Made by a program: the position numbers and the translations under genes. A stretch of 31,112 nucleotides of DNA, taken from positions 1 to 31,112 of the forward strand of contig NIVC01004930.1 in NCBI GenBank assembly GCA_002269645.1, written 5' to 3'. The notes under the pieces were generated by a model. It made no database searches and was not told the origin of the DNA. It saw only the letters and a program-made list of their open reading frames with translations. This DNA comes from Macrostomum lignano. Taxonomy: Eukaryota. Of this stretch, positions 9,929-20,794 are shown piece by piece. Each line of letters opens with the position of its first letter. Within the stretch, counting starts at the first letter, position 1.

Positions 9929-10314
9929 TATAAGCTCGATATAGCGTTGATGAGTCCGGGAGGCCCGTGGGACCCAGTGACCCCGGCAAATATCTGCACT
10001 GTGTCCAGCATGGCTGAGAGGCTGATGAGCGAGTGACCTACCAGTAGATTTAGTAGCTGAAGGCGGGAGTTGGATCCGGCAGGTGCATGCCATGCCATCT
10101 TGCAAGAACAGCGAAAGCTGGACACCCGAGTATCTTGGGTGCCGAACCATGCTGGTAAAATTTGCCTATGGCAGCGACCGAGGGATCTGGCTGGGAAATC
10201 CTCGCTGGTGATCAAGCATTGATCTACAGTATAGAAGTACGATCCCAAGAACGAGCGCCAGTCGATCAGCCGTTTGTACTTTTCGGACGAAACGACGAAC
10301 GAATAATGCTTATA
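9929..10314 (+). ncRNA. Candidate structured non-coding RNA (box C/D-like motif order plus multiple helices); class unassigned
   Basis: GC-balanced island in AT-rich DNA with no convincing ORF. TGATGA 9948, CTGA 10014, TGATGA 10023, CTGA 10057. Nested helices are listed in the findings. Confidence 0.35.
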
Positions 10315-10560
10315 ATATTATTTATTACTATAGTTAACAATTTTGTAAATAAAACCTTAGAGAATCATAAATAAATGATACGTATCAGGGACGTTCCTGA
10401 AAGCAAAAAAATTACGTATCGGATAGGTAATTTTGCTGCTCTGGCATAACTATATATTACATGAATGTGTGCAGTTACGTGCAGAACTTCGAACCAAGGA
10501 CGACTTTAATAGAAGGCGGGAAACTCCATTTCTTAGAAAATTTTAGAAGGCAGGTTTTCC

Positions 10561-11099
10561 CGAAAATATACACTACGGAGATCGAAGTTTTCATTTTTTC
10601 AGTACAAAAGTACTATTGCTTTTAATAGGATCGAGTGTTCATCTTTTGATATTTTGTGCCTTTCTTATTGCTCTATTGATATATTCATAAAGCTTTTTAT
10701 TCAATGAATTAGGATTCTACGTGAATTTTTTATTCTACGTACATTTTCCGTAACTAAAAATCATTAAAATGCATGGCACAGCTTGAATCTTTGGTTTTAT
10801 AAATCTATTTTATCATTCTTAGCTGACTGTATAACAAATATTTGTACCAGATGTGATAAAATAGATTCATAAAACCACAGATTCGAGATGTGCCATGCAT
10901 TTTAATGATTTTTAGTTACGGGAAATGTACGTAGAATAAAAAATTCACATAGAATCCTAATTCATTGAATAAAAAGCTTTATGAATATATCAATAGAGCA
11001 ATAAGAAAGGCACAAAATATCAAAAGATGACACTGGATCCGCAATACGATTTTTGTGCTGAAAAAATGTAAACTTCCGATCTCCGTATTGTATTTTTCG
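10561..11099. mobile_element. ~540-bp foldback (long palindromic) element, MITE-like
   Basis: Left arm CGAAAATATACACTACGGAGATCG... is the reverse complement of the right arm ...CGATCTCCGTATTGTATTTTTCG. Arms are near-identical through the middle; centre is palindrome ACAAATATTTGT (10834-10845). No TSD identified. Confidence 0.8.
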
Positions 11100-12287
11100 T
11101 AGTTTTATTTTTCCGTAGTGTATTAATTAAGGTCCTGTTTTAGTTAGAATAAGACAGCTGGCAAAGTGTGAACAGAAAAGTTCTCGAATATCGTAACGTT
11201 CATAATTCTGTTGGTTATAGACCAAGAAACTTTTGCACATTCATGATAACTTTAAATTCTTTGGAGTTAAATCTGAGTTAAATATAACAAAAATGCTTTC
11301 TTTTTGGAATATGCACTTGTCAAATACTTTTTTAACGAAATTTAAGTAGCTATTTGATTTAATGAAAGTAAAAAATCATATAGTTAATTTATTATTTCCA
11401 TTGTCAGTGTCAAGATAAAGGTACCAACTTAGTTTTTTCTGTGCATGCGATTTTTTGTATCCTAGTAGCTTTTGCGACTGTTACTTTTTAGATTTCCATA
11501 TATTTATTTTATGCAATAGAGAAATTTAAGGAAAAAGCTATACACAGGTACTTCAAAGTCTTTTTTCTTAGTCTCGATCTGATAATAAAAATCTTGGATT
11601 AAACTGCATATAAATGTATTCTAACAGAGAGATGCTTAAAAATTAATTTACTATAAGTCCTAAACCAGGTAAGCCTTTTTGGCGAGCTGATGTGGCTTTC
11701 AATTGAGGATATTGTAGACTAAAAAAATAATTCGTTTTTTGTCCTAACTTCTACATAGCATCATATTCTTAAGAAAAATGACATGTAAAGTATAGTTTTG
11801 TTTTAGAATCTATTTCTAATTGGCTATATGGCTATATCTATTTGGCTATACTTGTACATTGTACTCTTTGCCTTGAATTGCCTTTTAGAGCAGACAGCTG
11901 GCCCAGAACTTTTCTATAACAAAAATTACTCTGGATTTTTTAATTTTTTTCCTGAAAGTATTTAATATTTATTTTTTATATTTATATTTATATATATCTA
12001 AAATTTTCATTTTATAAATAATAATATATAATATAATATATAAATAATAATAATATAATATATATTATGAAAATTCTCACTCTTTAAAAAAAGTTTTATT
12101 GTTATTAAAATAAATTTGTTTTATTCAAATTTTGCTAAATAATATTTCATTAATTTTGAAGCAAAAATTAAAACAGCTAACAAAAGATCAAAAAAATGAA
12201 CACACAACTTTTAAACAAGTATACAAATTGAAACCTTCAGTAATTTTTTAATTTCTTTTTAAATTTTTTATTGAAATTTTTAGCCTA

Positions 12288-12534
12288 ATGGACCAGTCTT
12301 CACGTCCGGAATTGCCTGTGGATTTCTATTCCGCCCTGCAAGAATCAAAGCAGAGCCTTGACACTGAATTTGAGAACAATACAAATCTGCGGCACCATGT
12401 GCGTCAGCTGGTGCAAGCTTTGAAGTGCAGGACAGATGATGCGGCAGCTGCAAGGCAGCGCATGGCAGCTGCCATTGCTGCTGAGAACATCCTGCCAGAC
12501 TTGAGCAAGCTGTCGATGGCCTGTCTTAGCAAAG
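12288..12534 (+). CDS. ARM-repeat/TIR/SAM-like protein, exon 1
   Basis: ATG 4 nt after TTTTTAG; helical MDQSSRPELPVDFYSALQESK...LSK; donor G|gtgaaa, phase 1. Join 12288-12534,13155-13697,14023-14280,15352-15485,16011-16116,16257-16726 = 1758 nt = 585 aa + stop, all phases consistent. Confidence 0.75.
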
Positions 12535-12669
12535 GTGAAATGGCAGGATTATAATTTATTTTTAGACTCCTTCATTCGCTTGAAGGGGTGTGTATGGCCT
12601 ACAGCAGGACCACCAATAACATCTAGTTTGACACCTGGTCTGGTGCCCCTGTCACTTGATCTGACTCTT

Positions 12670-13050
12670 CTGACACCCTATTTAGCAGTCCTGACACCTG
12701 ATTTAGCAGTCCTGACACCTGATTTAGCAGTCCTGACACCTGATTTAGCAGTCCTGACACCTGATTTAGCAGTCCTGACACCTGATTTAGCAGTCCTGAC
12801 ACCTGATTTAGCATTCCTGACACCTGATTTAGCAGTCCTGACACCTGATTTAGCAGTCCTGACACCTGATTTAGCAGTCCTGACACCTGATTTAGCAGTC
12901 CTGACACCTGATTTAGCATTCCTGACACCTGATTTATCAGTCCTGACACCTGATTTAGCAGTCCTGACACCTGATTTAGCATTCCTGACACCTGATTTAT
13001 CAGTCCTGACACCTGATTTAGTAGTTTTGAAGCCCAATTTAGCATTCCTG
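12670..13050. repeat. 21-bp minisatellite (CCTGACACCTGATTTAGCAGT)n in intron 1
   Basis: Read directly; it generates the spurious LAVLTPD and LNQVSGL ORFs. Confidence 0.95.
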
Positions 13051-13154
13051 ACACACCCGGTCGGTAGTTCTGACATCCTAGTTGTCTCCTGACGCACCCA
13101 ATTTGGCACTCCCGATCCCCCTATAATCTGACAACCTGTGAACCCCAAACGCAG

Positions 13155-13697
13155 CTGGTCAGCAGCAGCTCACCAAAGGCGAGTTCCAGCTGCTGCTGTG
13201 CACCCTGCACCTCTGCCACACCTGCACGGACGCCAGCCCTGAGTTCTCGGCTCATCTGGTCGGCTCGGGTGACGCTCTGCAGCTGCTGAAGTCCCTGCTG
13301 GCCGCGTGGGTGCAGCCACACCTGGAGAAACGGCTTGAGCAGCAGTCGGTCAGAGGCCTCAAAAGCTGCTTGAGCACCGTGTACAACGCGCTGTGGCAGG
13401 GCGAGGCCCGTGAACTCTGCAGCCTGCTGGCACTGAAACAAATCGGCATTGTGGAAGCAGCCAACCAGCTGTTTCAACTGTCTGACAATAAGTACATCGT
13501 CCAGTTCAGCTTCCTCATTCTGGTGTACAGCTGCTCGGATGATGAGGCAGCCAGATTCCTGCAGCCGGGCGACTCCGGCCAGCAGCAGGAGCGGGTCGGG
13601 CGCCAGTTGCGCCAGCTGGTGGCCGGGCTGGGCCGGGCCTGCGCCGCCAAGCACCTGAGAACAGAAGACGGCTTTAGCATGGATGAGCTGCTTGCCT
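13155..13697 (+). CDS. ARM-repeat/TIR/SAM-like protein, exon 2 (ARM-like helical repeats)
   Basis: acgcag|CT completes Ala; CHTCTDASPEFSAHLV, SCLSTVYN, DGFSMDELLA; donor T|gttagc, phase 1. Confidence 0.8.
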
Positions 13698-14022
13698 GTT
13701 AGCGGCGGGTCTCTGTGGAATCTTTGTTGTTGAGTTGCAGACTTTGTAGTTGAGCTTGGACAAGCAATAGACTCTCCGGTGGTGCATAAATATTTGTAGA
13801 AGCTGGGCTCTGTTGGAGTCGAAAAATGAAGACAGTTGATTGAGTGGAAAATTCCGCACATTTATTTACTACTCTACTAATAGCAAAAATACAGGGATAA
13901 AAGCGTTAAATAAAACACGAGTACATAATGCAAGTATTTTCTATATGCTACTAATATAAAATTTTCCAGTGAATTTTCTTAGAAATTAATCTGCACTACA
14001 CGGCCCCACTTTCCCGCCGCAG

Positions 14023-14280
14023 GCGTCCGGCGGTTCAGCCGCCGCCCCGACCACCGCCCGCTGGTGCTCCGCCAGGACTGTCTGGCTGAGCTGCAGCGGC
14101 TGCTGCAGACGGCGGCCGAGCGACCCGCCAGTCAGATCGTTGCCGCCCTCGAAATCGCGCTCTCGCTTTCATTGCACCCGACATGCGTCGACGCAGTCAG
14201 GCGGAGCCTCGGCTCGGAGCTGCAGTCGCTGGTAGTTGAGGGCGGCGGGCGGCTGGCGGACGCTGTCCGGTGCCTCTTGG
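14023..14280 (+). CDS. ARM-repeat/TIR/SAM-like protein, exon 3
   Basis: ccgcag|GC completes Cys; VRRFSRRPDHRPLVLRQDCLAELQRLL...AALEIALSLSL...ADAVRCLL; donor G|gtgagg, phase 1. Confidence 0.75.
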
Positions 14281-14969
14281 GTGAGGATGATGGACAGCTG
14301 CAACCAGGGCGTCGCCATGGACTTTATGGTGGTGGGAAACAGTCGGGAATTCTACATGACTAAATTCCTACATTAATTTGGGAATCGGTGTTGTTGGCAC
14401 TCATTTTGGCGCCGCAGGCACTCATTTTGGCGCGACAGACAGGCACTCATTTTAGAGATAGGGATTAGAGAGGAATAGAGATAGGATTGAGATAGGAAGC
14501 TGTCGGTTTTACAAGAACTATGATTGGGCATTGCCAATTTCTCACAGTTTGAAAAAAATTGCTGTTTTTTCTTTTGCTTTCTACTTAAAGTAGTCTGTCG
14601 CTGATTATTTTAGAATCGCCAGAGTCTGACTCGAAAGAGCAGCCGCGGTGGACAACTGATGCTTTTTCCGGTCCAAATGAAGGTCAGCCATCGCTTTCGC
14701 TTTGTCGAGTCGATTGTTGAATGTTTTTAGATAAGTTGTTTAATCAAGTTTTCTGATACCTGGTATTTTAGAACTCCGAACTTCACAACGCAAAGCAAGG
14801 AGCATAAATGAGAGACAGTCGAATTCTCAGGCATCAGGTGAGAACTGGGAAAGAACTGGGTTTTTTCTTCTCAGAACTTCTCAGAACTGGGTGGGCCCTG
14901 TCTTCGTTTCAACAAGTTAGCGGACTCAAAACGATCTGCTTTAGACTGCGGGGCTCCGTAAAGCGAGGC

Positions 14970-15290
14970 TGTAACTATACTGTAAACGAAGCTGTAGCTT
15001 CTCTACGCGAGGCTGTTGCACTGTAGACAAGGCTGTAACTGCTGTAGCTAAGCGAGGCTGTAACTACTGTAATCGAAGATTTAATTGCTGTAGGCGAGGC
15101 TGTAATTCCTGTAGGCAAGACCGTAACTACTGTAGGTAAGGCTGTAACTACTTTAGGTGAGGCTGTAACTACTGTAGATAAGGCTGTAACTACTGTAGTC
15201 GAGGCTGTAACTACTGTAGACGAGGCTGTAACTACTGTAGATAAGGCTGTAACTACTGTAGTCGAGGCTGTAACTACTGTAGTCGAGGAT
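14970..15290. repeat. 21-bp minisatellite (GAGGCTGTAACTACTGTAGTC-like)
   Basis: Read directly, with variant units. Confidence 0.88.
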
Positions 15291-15351
15291 AGGCTTACTA
15301 TCTGCTGTCACGCACCGATCATAAAAGCCTACCAATTGAATCGATTCCCAG

Positions 15352-15485
15352 GCCAGAAACCCAGCGTTCTCCCATTGGAAAATGGCGCAGCCAGCGCCTA
15401 CCTGGTGCTGAGCTGGTCCAGACAAGATTCCGATGCCGCATTTGCCAGATGGCTGGTCGCTAAGCTGAATGAAAACTGGCATCGG
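15352..15485 (+). CDS. ARM-repeat/TIR/SAM-like protein, exon 4 (TIR betaA-alphaA)
   Basis: ttcccag|GC completes Gly; AYLVLSWSRQDSDAAFARWLVAKLNENWHR; donor CGG|gtgagc, phase 0. Confidence 0.72.
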
Positions 15486-15514
15486 GTGAGCGCAGAGAAA
15501 TCCACATCGTATTG

Positions 15515-15920
15515 AAGCTGTCTAGCCAGCCTGCAGTTGTCCGGGTCTGTCTAGCCAGCCTGCGGTTGTCCGGGTCTGTCTTAGTTAGCTTGTAGCTGTC
15601 CGAGTCTGTCTTAGTTAGCTTACAGCTGTCCGAGTCTGTATTAGTTAGCTTACAGCTGTCCGAGTCGGTCTTAGTTAGCTTACAGCTGTCCGAGTTTGTC
15701 TTAGCTAGCTTTCAGCTGTCCGAGTCTGTCTTAGTTAGCTTACAGCTGTCCGAGTTTGTCTTAGCTAGCTTACAGCTGTCCGAGTCTGTCTTAGTTAGCT
15801 TACAGCTGTCCGAGTTTGTCTTAGCTAGCTTTCAGCTGTCCGAGTTTGTCTTAGCTAGCTTTCAGCTGTCCGAGTCTGTCTTAGCTAGCTTACAGCTGTC
15901 CGAGTCTGTCTAGTCAGCCT
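15515..15920. repeat. 30-bp minisatellite (TTAGTTAGCTTACAGCTGTCCGAGTCTGTC)n
   Basis: Two units per 60-nt line. Confidence 0.95.
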
Positions 15921-16010
15921 ATAACCATTCGCTTGTTTTTGCTCTCCAATTACTTTGTAGCAACGTTTCAAAACAATAGTTCCTTTGGCCTTTTTCAAAT
16001 ATTTCCCCAG

Positions 16011-16116
16011 ACTATCGACTTGAGCACAGACTCAACTGCCGGACTCATCGATGGCTGCCGTGCCGTGATTCTGTGCGTCTCCAAGCCATACGAATTAAAC
16101 AGCCTGTGCGAGTTTG
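16011..16116 (+). CDS. ARM-repeat/TIR/SAM-like protein, exon 5 (TIR betaC-alphaC)
   Basis: ttccccag|ACT; TIDLSTDSTAGLIDGCRAVILCVSKPYELNSLCEF; donor G|gtgagc, phase 1. Confidence 0.82.
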
Positions 16117-16256
16117 GTGAGCTCGGCATCCTTGATAACTTACTTCAATCTGAATTATTATTTTCTCATAAAAAAGAAACAATACGCTAAAAAGCTACTT
16201 GTTAGTAGTTAACTCGCTCACTAAATCGGTAAAAATCTGGAATTTTTAATTTCCAG

Positions 16257-16726
16257 AAGCGCACCGGGCGGAGGTGCTGGAAAAACCGCTGGTGCCTCTG
16301 CTGTGCGGCGAAGGCTACCAACCGGGAAGCTGGCTGAGCCCCATCCTGGCCAGGTACTCAGCTCAGGCCGACCTGCTAATTGACTTCTCTAAACAGAGGG
16401 ACCGCGCCAAGTCATTCAGCACTTTAATCGGTCGCCTTAACGGTCAGCTTGTCGCCACGTGGACAAAGACTGCTGCGCCAGCAGTTTCAGCAGTAGCTGT
16501 CGGTGACTTCAGCGGCTGGAGCTCCGCCGAGGTCGGCAGGTGGCTGTCCGGGCACCAGCTTCCAGCTCAGCGGCTGGGCTACCTGAACGGCCGGCACCTG
16601 GAATTCCTGGTGGAGCTGAAGCGGGAAGCGCCCGAGGCATTTTACAGGATGCTGCGAGAGGACCTACGGCTGGACAACTTCGAGTTGGTGTTTCGCTTCA
16701 CCACTGCGGTGAAGAGCCTCGGCTGA
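16257..16726 (+). CDS. ARM-repeat/TIR/SAM-like protein, exon 6 (end of TIR plus C-terminal SAM-like domain)
   Basis: ttccag|AA completes Glu; EAHRAEVLEKPLVPLLCGEGYQPGSWL...LLIDFS (TIR betaD-betaE); WSSAEVGRWL...YLNGRHL...EAPEAFY (SAM-like). Confidence 0.85.
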
Positions 16727-16739
16727 GAGGGCGCTCGGA

Positions 16740-18040
16740 AATGTAGATGAAGATGGGAAGCTGGGGAAGATGTGACGATGAGGGAGATAAAAGGATGAAA
16801 GAGATGGGAGGATGAGTGAGATGGGAGGATGAGGTAGATGGAAGGATGAAGGAGATGGGAGGATGAGGTAGATGGGAGGATGAGGGAGATGGGAGGATGG
16901 GGGAGATGGGAGGATGAGGGAGATGTGAGAATGAGGGAGATGTGAGAATGAGGGAGATGAGAGGATGAGTGAGATGGGAGGATGAGGGAGATAGGAGGAT
17001 GGGGGAGATGAGAGGATGAGGGAGATGGGAGGATGAGGGAGATGGGAGTATGAGGGAGATAGGAGGATGAGAGAGATGAGAGGATGAGGGAGATGGGAGG
17101 ATGGGGGAAATGAGAGGATGAGTGAGATGAGAGGATGAGAGAGATGAGAGGATGAGGGAGATAGGAGGATGGGGGAGATGAGAGGATGAGGGAGATGGGA
17201 GGATGGGGGAAATGAGAGGATGAGTGAGATGGGAGTATGGTTGAGATGAGAGGATGAGAGAGATGAGAGGATGAGGGAGATGGGAGGATGGGGGAGATGA
17301 GAGGATGGGGGAGATGAGAGGATGAGGGAGATGGGAGGATGGGGAGATGGAGGATGGGGGAGATGAGAGGATGAGGGAGATGGGAGGATGGGGGAGATGG
17401 GAGGATGGTTGAGATGAGAGGATGAGAGAGATGAGAGGATGAGGGAGATAGGAGGATGGGGAGATGAGAGGATGAGGGAGATGGGAGTATGAGGGAGATA
17501 GGAGGATGGTTGAGATGAGAGGATGAGAGAGATGAGAGGATGAGGGAGATGGGAGGATGGGGGAAATGAGAGGATGAGTGAGATGGGAGTATGAGGGAGA
17601 TGTGAGGATGGTTGAGATGAGAGGATGAGAGAGATGAGAGGATGAGGGAGATGGGAGGATGGGGGGATGGGAGTATGAGGGAGATGGGAGGATGGTTGAG
17701 ATGAGAGGATGAGAGAGATGAGAGGATGAGGGAGATAGGAGGATGGGGGAGATGAGAGGATGAGGGAGATGGGAGTATGAGGGAGATGGGAGGATGGTTG
17801 AGATGAGAGGATGAGAGAGATGAGAGGATGAGGGAGATTGGAGGATGGGGGAGATGAGAGTATGAGGGAGATGAGAGGATGAGGTAGATGGGAGGATGAA
17901 GGAGATGGGAGGATGAGGGAGATGTGAGGATGGTTGAGATGAGAGGATGAGGTAGATGGGAGGATGAGGGAGATGGGAGGATGAGGGAGATGGGAGGATG
18001 AAGGAGATGGGAGGATGAGGGAGATGGGAGGATGAGAGAG
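16740..18040. repeat. Purine-rich 17-bp minisatellite (TGGGAGGATGAGGGAGA)n
   Basis: Read directly; about 1.3 kb, starting just after the stop codon. Confidence 0.93.
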
Positions 18041-18404
18041 GTAGATGATAAAAGAACAGAGGCTGCGATGGTTACTAAGGACTAAATATTGCCTTGCTAC
18101 TCTCCCACAGTTTTCTATTTATAACCATGTGAGTACGTGAGCGCATACACGTATTTCTTTGCAGTATTCAGGCTGAATATTTATACTATTTATCATTTAA
18201 AAATCTGTGATTTTGAATTCTGACTCTGCTCATATCTTAGATATATTTTTATTGTCTTTATTGGACTCTGACAGCTGAAGCTTATAATAAATTTCTCGAA
18301 TCAGCTTCCATGAACTGCTTTTTAATTGAGGAGCTTTCAAATATTTGCGCGCTTTGTGACTTTTTGCTGGTCATTTTTAGTGCATCATGCACAGGTATTG
18401 AAAT

Positions 18405-19395
18405 CCCCCTCAGCAATCCCCATCTCCATCAGCAACCCCCCAAATCCCTATCAGCAATCCCCAATCCCTATCAGCAATCCCCAATCCCTATCAGCAATCC
18501 CCAATCTCCATCAGCAATCCCCAATCCCTATCAGCAATCCCCAATCTCCATCAGCAATCCCCCATCTCCATCAGCAATCCCAAATCCCTATCAGCAATCC
18601 CCCATCCCCATCAGCAATCCCCCATCCCTATCAGCAATCCCCAATCTCCATCAGCAATCTCCCATCTCCATTAGCAATCCCCCATCCCCATCAGCAATCT
18701 CCCATCTCCATCAGCAATCCCCCATCCCCATCAGCAATCCCCAATCCCCATCAGCAATCTCCCATCTCCATCAGCAATCCCCCATCCCCATCAGCAATCC
18801 CCCATCCCTATCAGCAATCCCCCATCCCTATCAGCAATCCCCGATCCCCATCAGCAATCCCCAATCTCCATCAGCAATCTCCCATCTCCATTAGCAATCT
18901 CCCATCTCCATTAGCAATCCCAAATCCCTATCAGCAATCCCCCATCCCCATCAGCAATCCCCCATCCCTATCAGCAATCCCCAATCTCCATCAGCAATCT
19001 CCCATCTCCATTAGCAATCCCCCATCCCAATCAGCAATCCCCATCCCCATCAGCAATCCCCCATCCCCATCAGCAATCCCCAATCCCCATCAGCAATCTC
19101 CCATCTCCATCAGCAATCCCCCATCCCCATCAGCAATCCCCCATCCCTATCAGCAATCCCCCATCCCCATCAGCAATCCCCAATCCCCATCAGCAATCTC
19201 CCATCTCCATCAGCAATCCCCCATCCCCATCAGCAATCCCCCATCCCTATCAGCAATCCCCAATCTCCATCAGCAATCTCCCATCTCCATTAGCAATCAC
19301 CCATCCCCATCAGCAATCCCCCATCCCCATCAGCAATCCCTTATCCCCATCAGCAATCCCCAATCCCCATCAGCAATCTCCCATCTCCATCAGCA
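18405..19395. repeat. 20-bp minisatellite (TCAGCAATCCCCCATCCCCA)n
   Basis: Three units per 60-nt line; source of the P/S/I/Q-rich ORFs. Confidence 0.95.
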
Positions 19396-19466
19396 ATCGA
19401 CTCAGGCTCCAAATCACCTCGACCATTCAGATTTTACAATTCAGTTCAAATTTGAAGTCTATAAAT

Positions 19467-19472
19467 TTTATT
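19467..19472 (-). terminator. Polyadenylation signal AATAAA of the minus-strand EF-hand-like gene
   Basis: TTTATT on the plus strand, about 45 nt past the stop at 19515. Confidence 0.6.
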
Positions 19473-19514
19473 GAGAATTTCACGCTATTAGTTTATAATC
19501 TTGGCTACGCGCTA

Positions 19515-19763
19515 CTAGAAGTAGTGCAAAATCTCGGTGGTGTTGACGAAATTGGCGAACAACATCATGGCCTGGCACAGGGTGAGGCGGTGGATGCCGT
19601 GCAGGTCGTACTGGCTGAGGATGCCCTCGGCCTCCTTGTGCTTCAGGTCCACTCCGTTCTGAGCGTACAGGTACACCAGCTTGCGGAGGCTGAGCAGCTG
19701 GAACTTGTCCAGCAGCTGGGCGATGCTCTGGTACATCAGCTTCATCTTGCGCAGTGTGATCAC
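19515..19763 (-). CDS. Degenerate EF-hand (calmodulin-like) protein, terminal exon
   Basis: cactcag|GTG; LSLRKLVYLYAQNGVDLKHKEAEGILSQYDLHGIHRLTLCQAMMLF follows calmodulin-lobe spacing with non-canonical loop ligands. Join 25005-24671,20993-20795,19763-19515 = 783 nt = 260 aa + stop. Confidence 0.75.
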   Translation of the reverse strand: MITLRKMKLMYQSIAQLLDKFQLLSLRKLVYLYAQNGVDLKHKEAEGILSQYDLHGIHRLTLCQAMMLFANFVNTTEILHYF

Positions 19764-19804
19764 CTGAGTGAAGACCGGGCGGCGAGGGTCTCGCGGTGGG
19801 GGGG

Positions 19805-20765
19805 GGGCGAAACAACAGACACAACAACCCATCAGACACATCACAACAGACACAACAACCCATCAGACACAACAACCCAGCAGACACATCACAACAGACA
19901 CAACAACCCAGCAGACACAACACAACAGACACAACAACCCAGCCGACACAGCACAAGAGACACAACAAGCAAGCAGACAGAATTCAACAGACAACAACTC
20001 AGCAAACACAACAACCCATCAGACACAACACAACAGACACAACAACCCAACAGACACAATAACCTCAGACACAACACAACAGACACAACAACCCAACAGA
20101 CACAACACCCCATCAGACACAACAAGCCATCAGACATAACACAACAGACACAACAACCCAACAAACACAACACAAAAAGCACAACAACCCATCAGACACA
20201 ACACAACAGACACAACAACCCATCAGACACAACACAACAGACACAACAACCCAAGAGACACAACACAAAAGGCACAACAACCCAGCAGACACATCACAAC
20301 AGACACAACAACCCAGCAGACACAACACAACAGACACAACAACCCAGCCGACACAGCAGAAGAGACACAACAACTCAGCAAACACAATACAACAGACACA
20401 ACAACCCAGCAGACACAACAACCTATCAGACACAACACAACAGATACAACAACACAACAGACACAACACAACGGACACAACAACCCATCAGACACAACAA
20501 GCCATCAGACACAACACAACAGACACAACAACCCATCAGACACAACACAACAGACACAACAACCCAACAGACACAACAACCCAACAGACACAACAACCCA
20601 ACAGACACATCACAACAGACACAACAACCCAACAGACACAACAACCCAACAGACACATCACAACAGACACAACAACCCAACAGACACAACAACCCAACAG
20701 ACACAACAACCCAACAGACACATCACAACAGACACAACAACCCAACAGACACAATAACCTCAGAC
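19805..20765. repeat. CA-rich composite repeat (CAGACACAACAACCC and variants)
   Basis: Read directly; intronic. Confidence 0.9.
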
Positions 20766-20794
20766 ACAATGCTCCAAACTTCCTCACTGCCTAC

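Noticed and set aside
9947-10303. Call as an active hammerhead ribozyme
   Set aside because: Both candidate cores have A at position 16.1 instead of U and no stem I next to the core. Kept only as an unclassified structured-RNA lead.
10147-10340. Group I intron P/Q-like elements (GGCTGGGAAA...TCAGCC) and a bacterial RNase P-like 3' motif
   Set aside because: No P7 (R/S) pairing for group I and no P4 pairing for RNase P.
12535-13148. LAVLTPD, LNQVSGL (LRR-like) and KSGVRTA repeat ORFs
   Set aside because: Translations of a 21-bp intronic minisatellite on both strands.
13697-13740. Apparent premature TAG and a +1-frame GSLWNL ARM-like motif suggesting a frameshift
   Set aside because: Donor T|gttagc splices in phase to 14023 and gives a continuous ARM-like sequence, so no frameshift is needed.
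13121-13861. 246-aa minus-strand ORF; also 7654-8286 and 8778-9053
   Set aside because: Antisense shadows of GC-rich coding exons.
14394-14455. Three copies of GGCACTCATTTT(GGCGC), possibly a MITE remnant
   Set aside because: No terminal inverted repeats or TSD could be defined.
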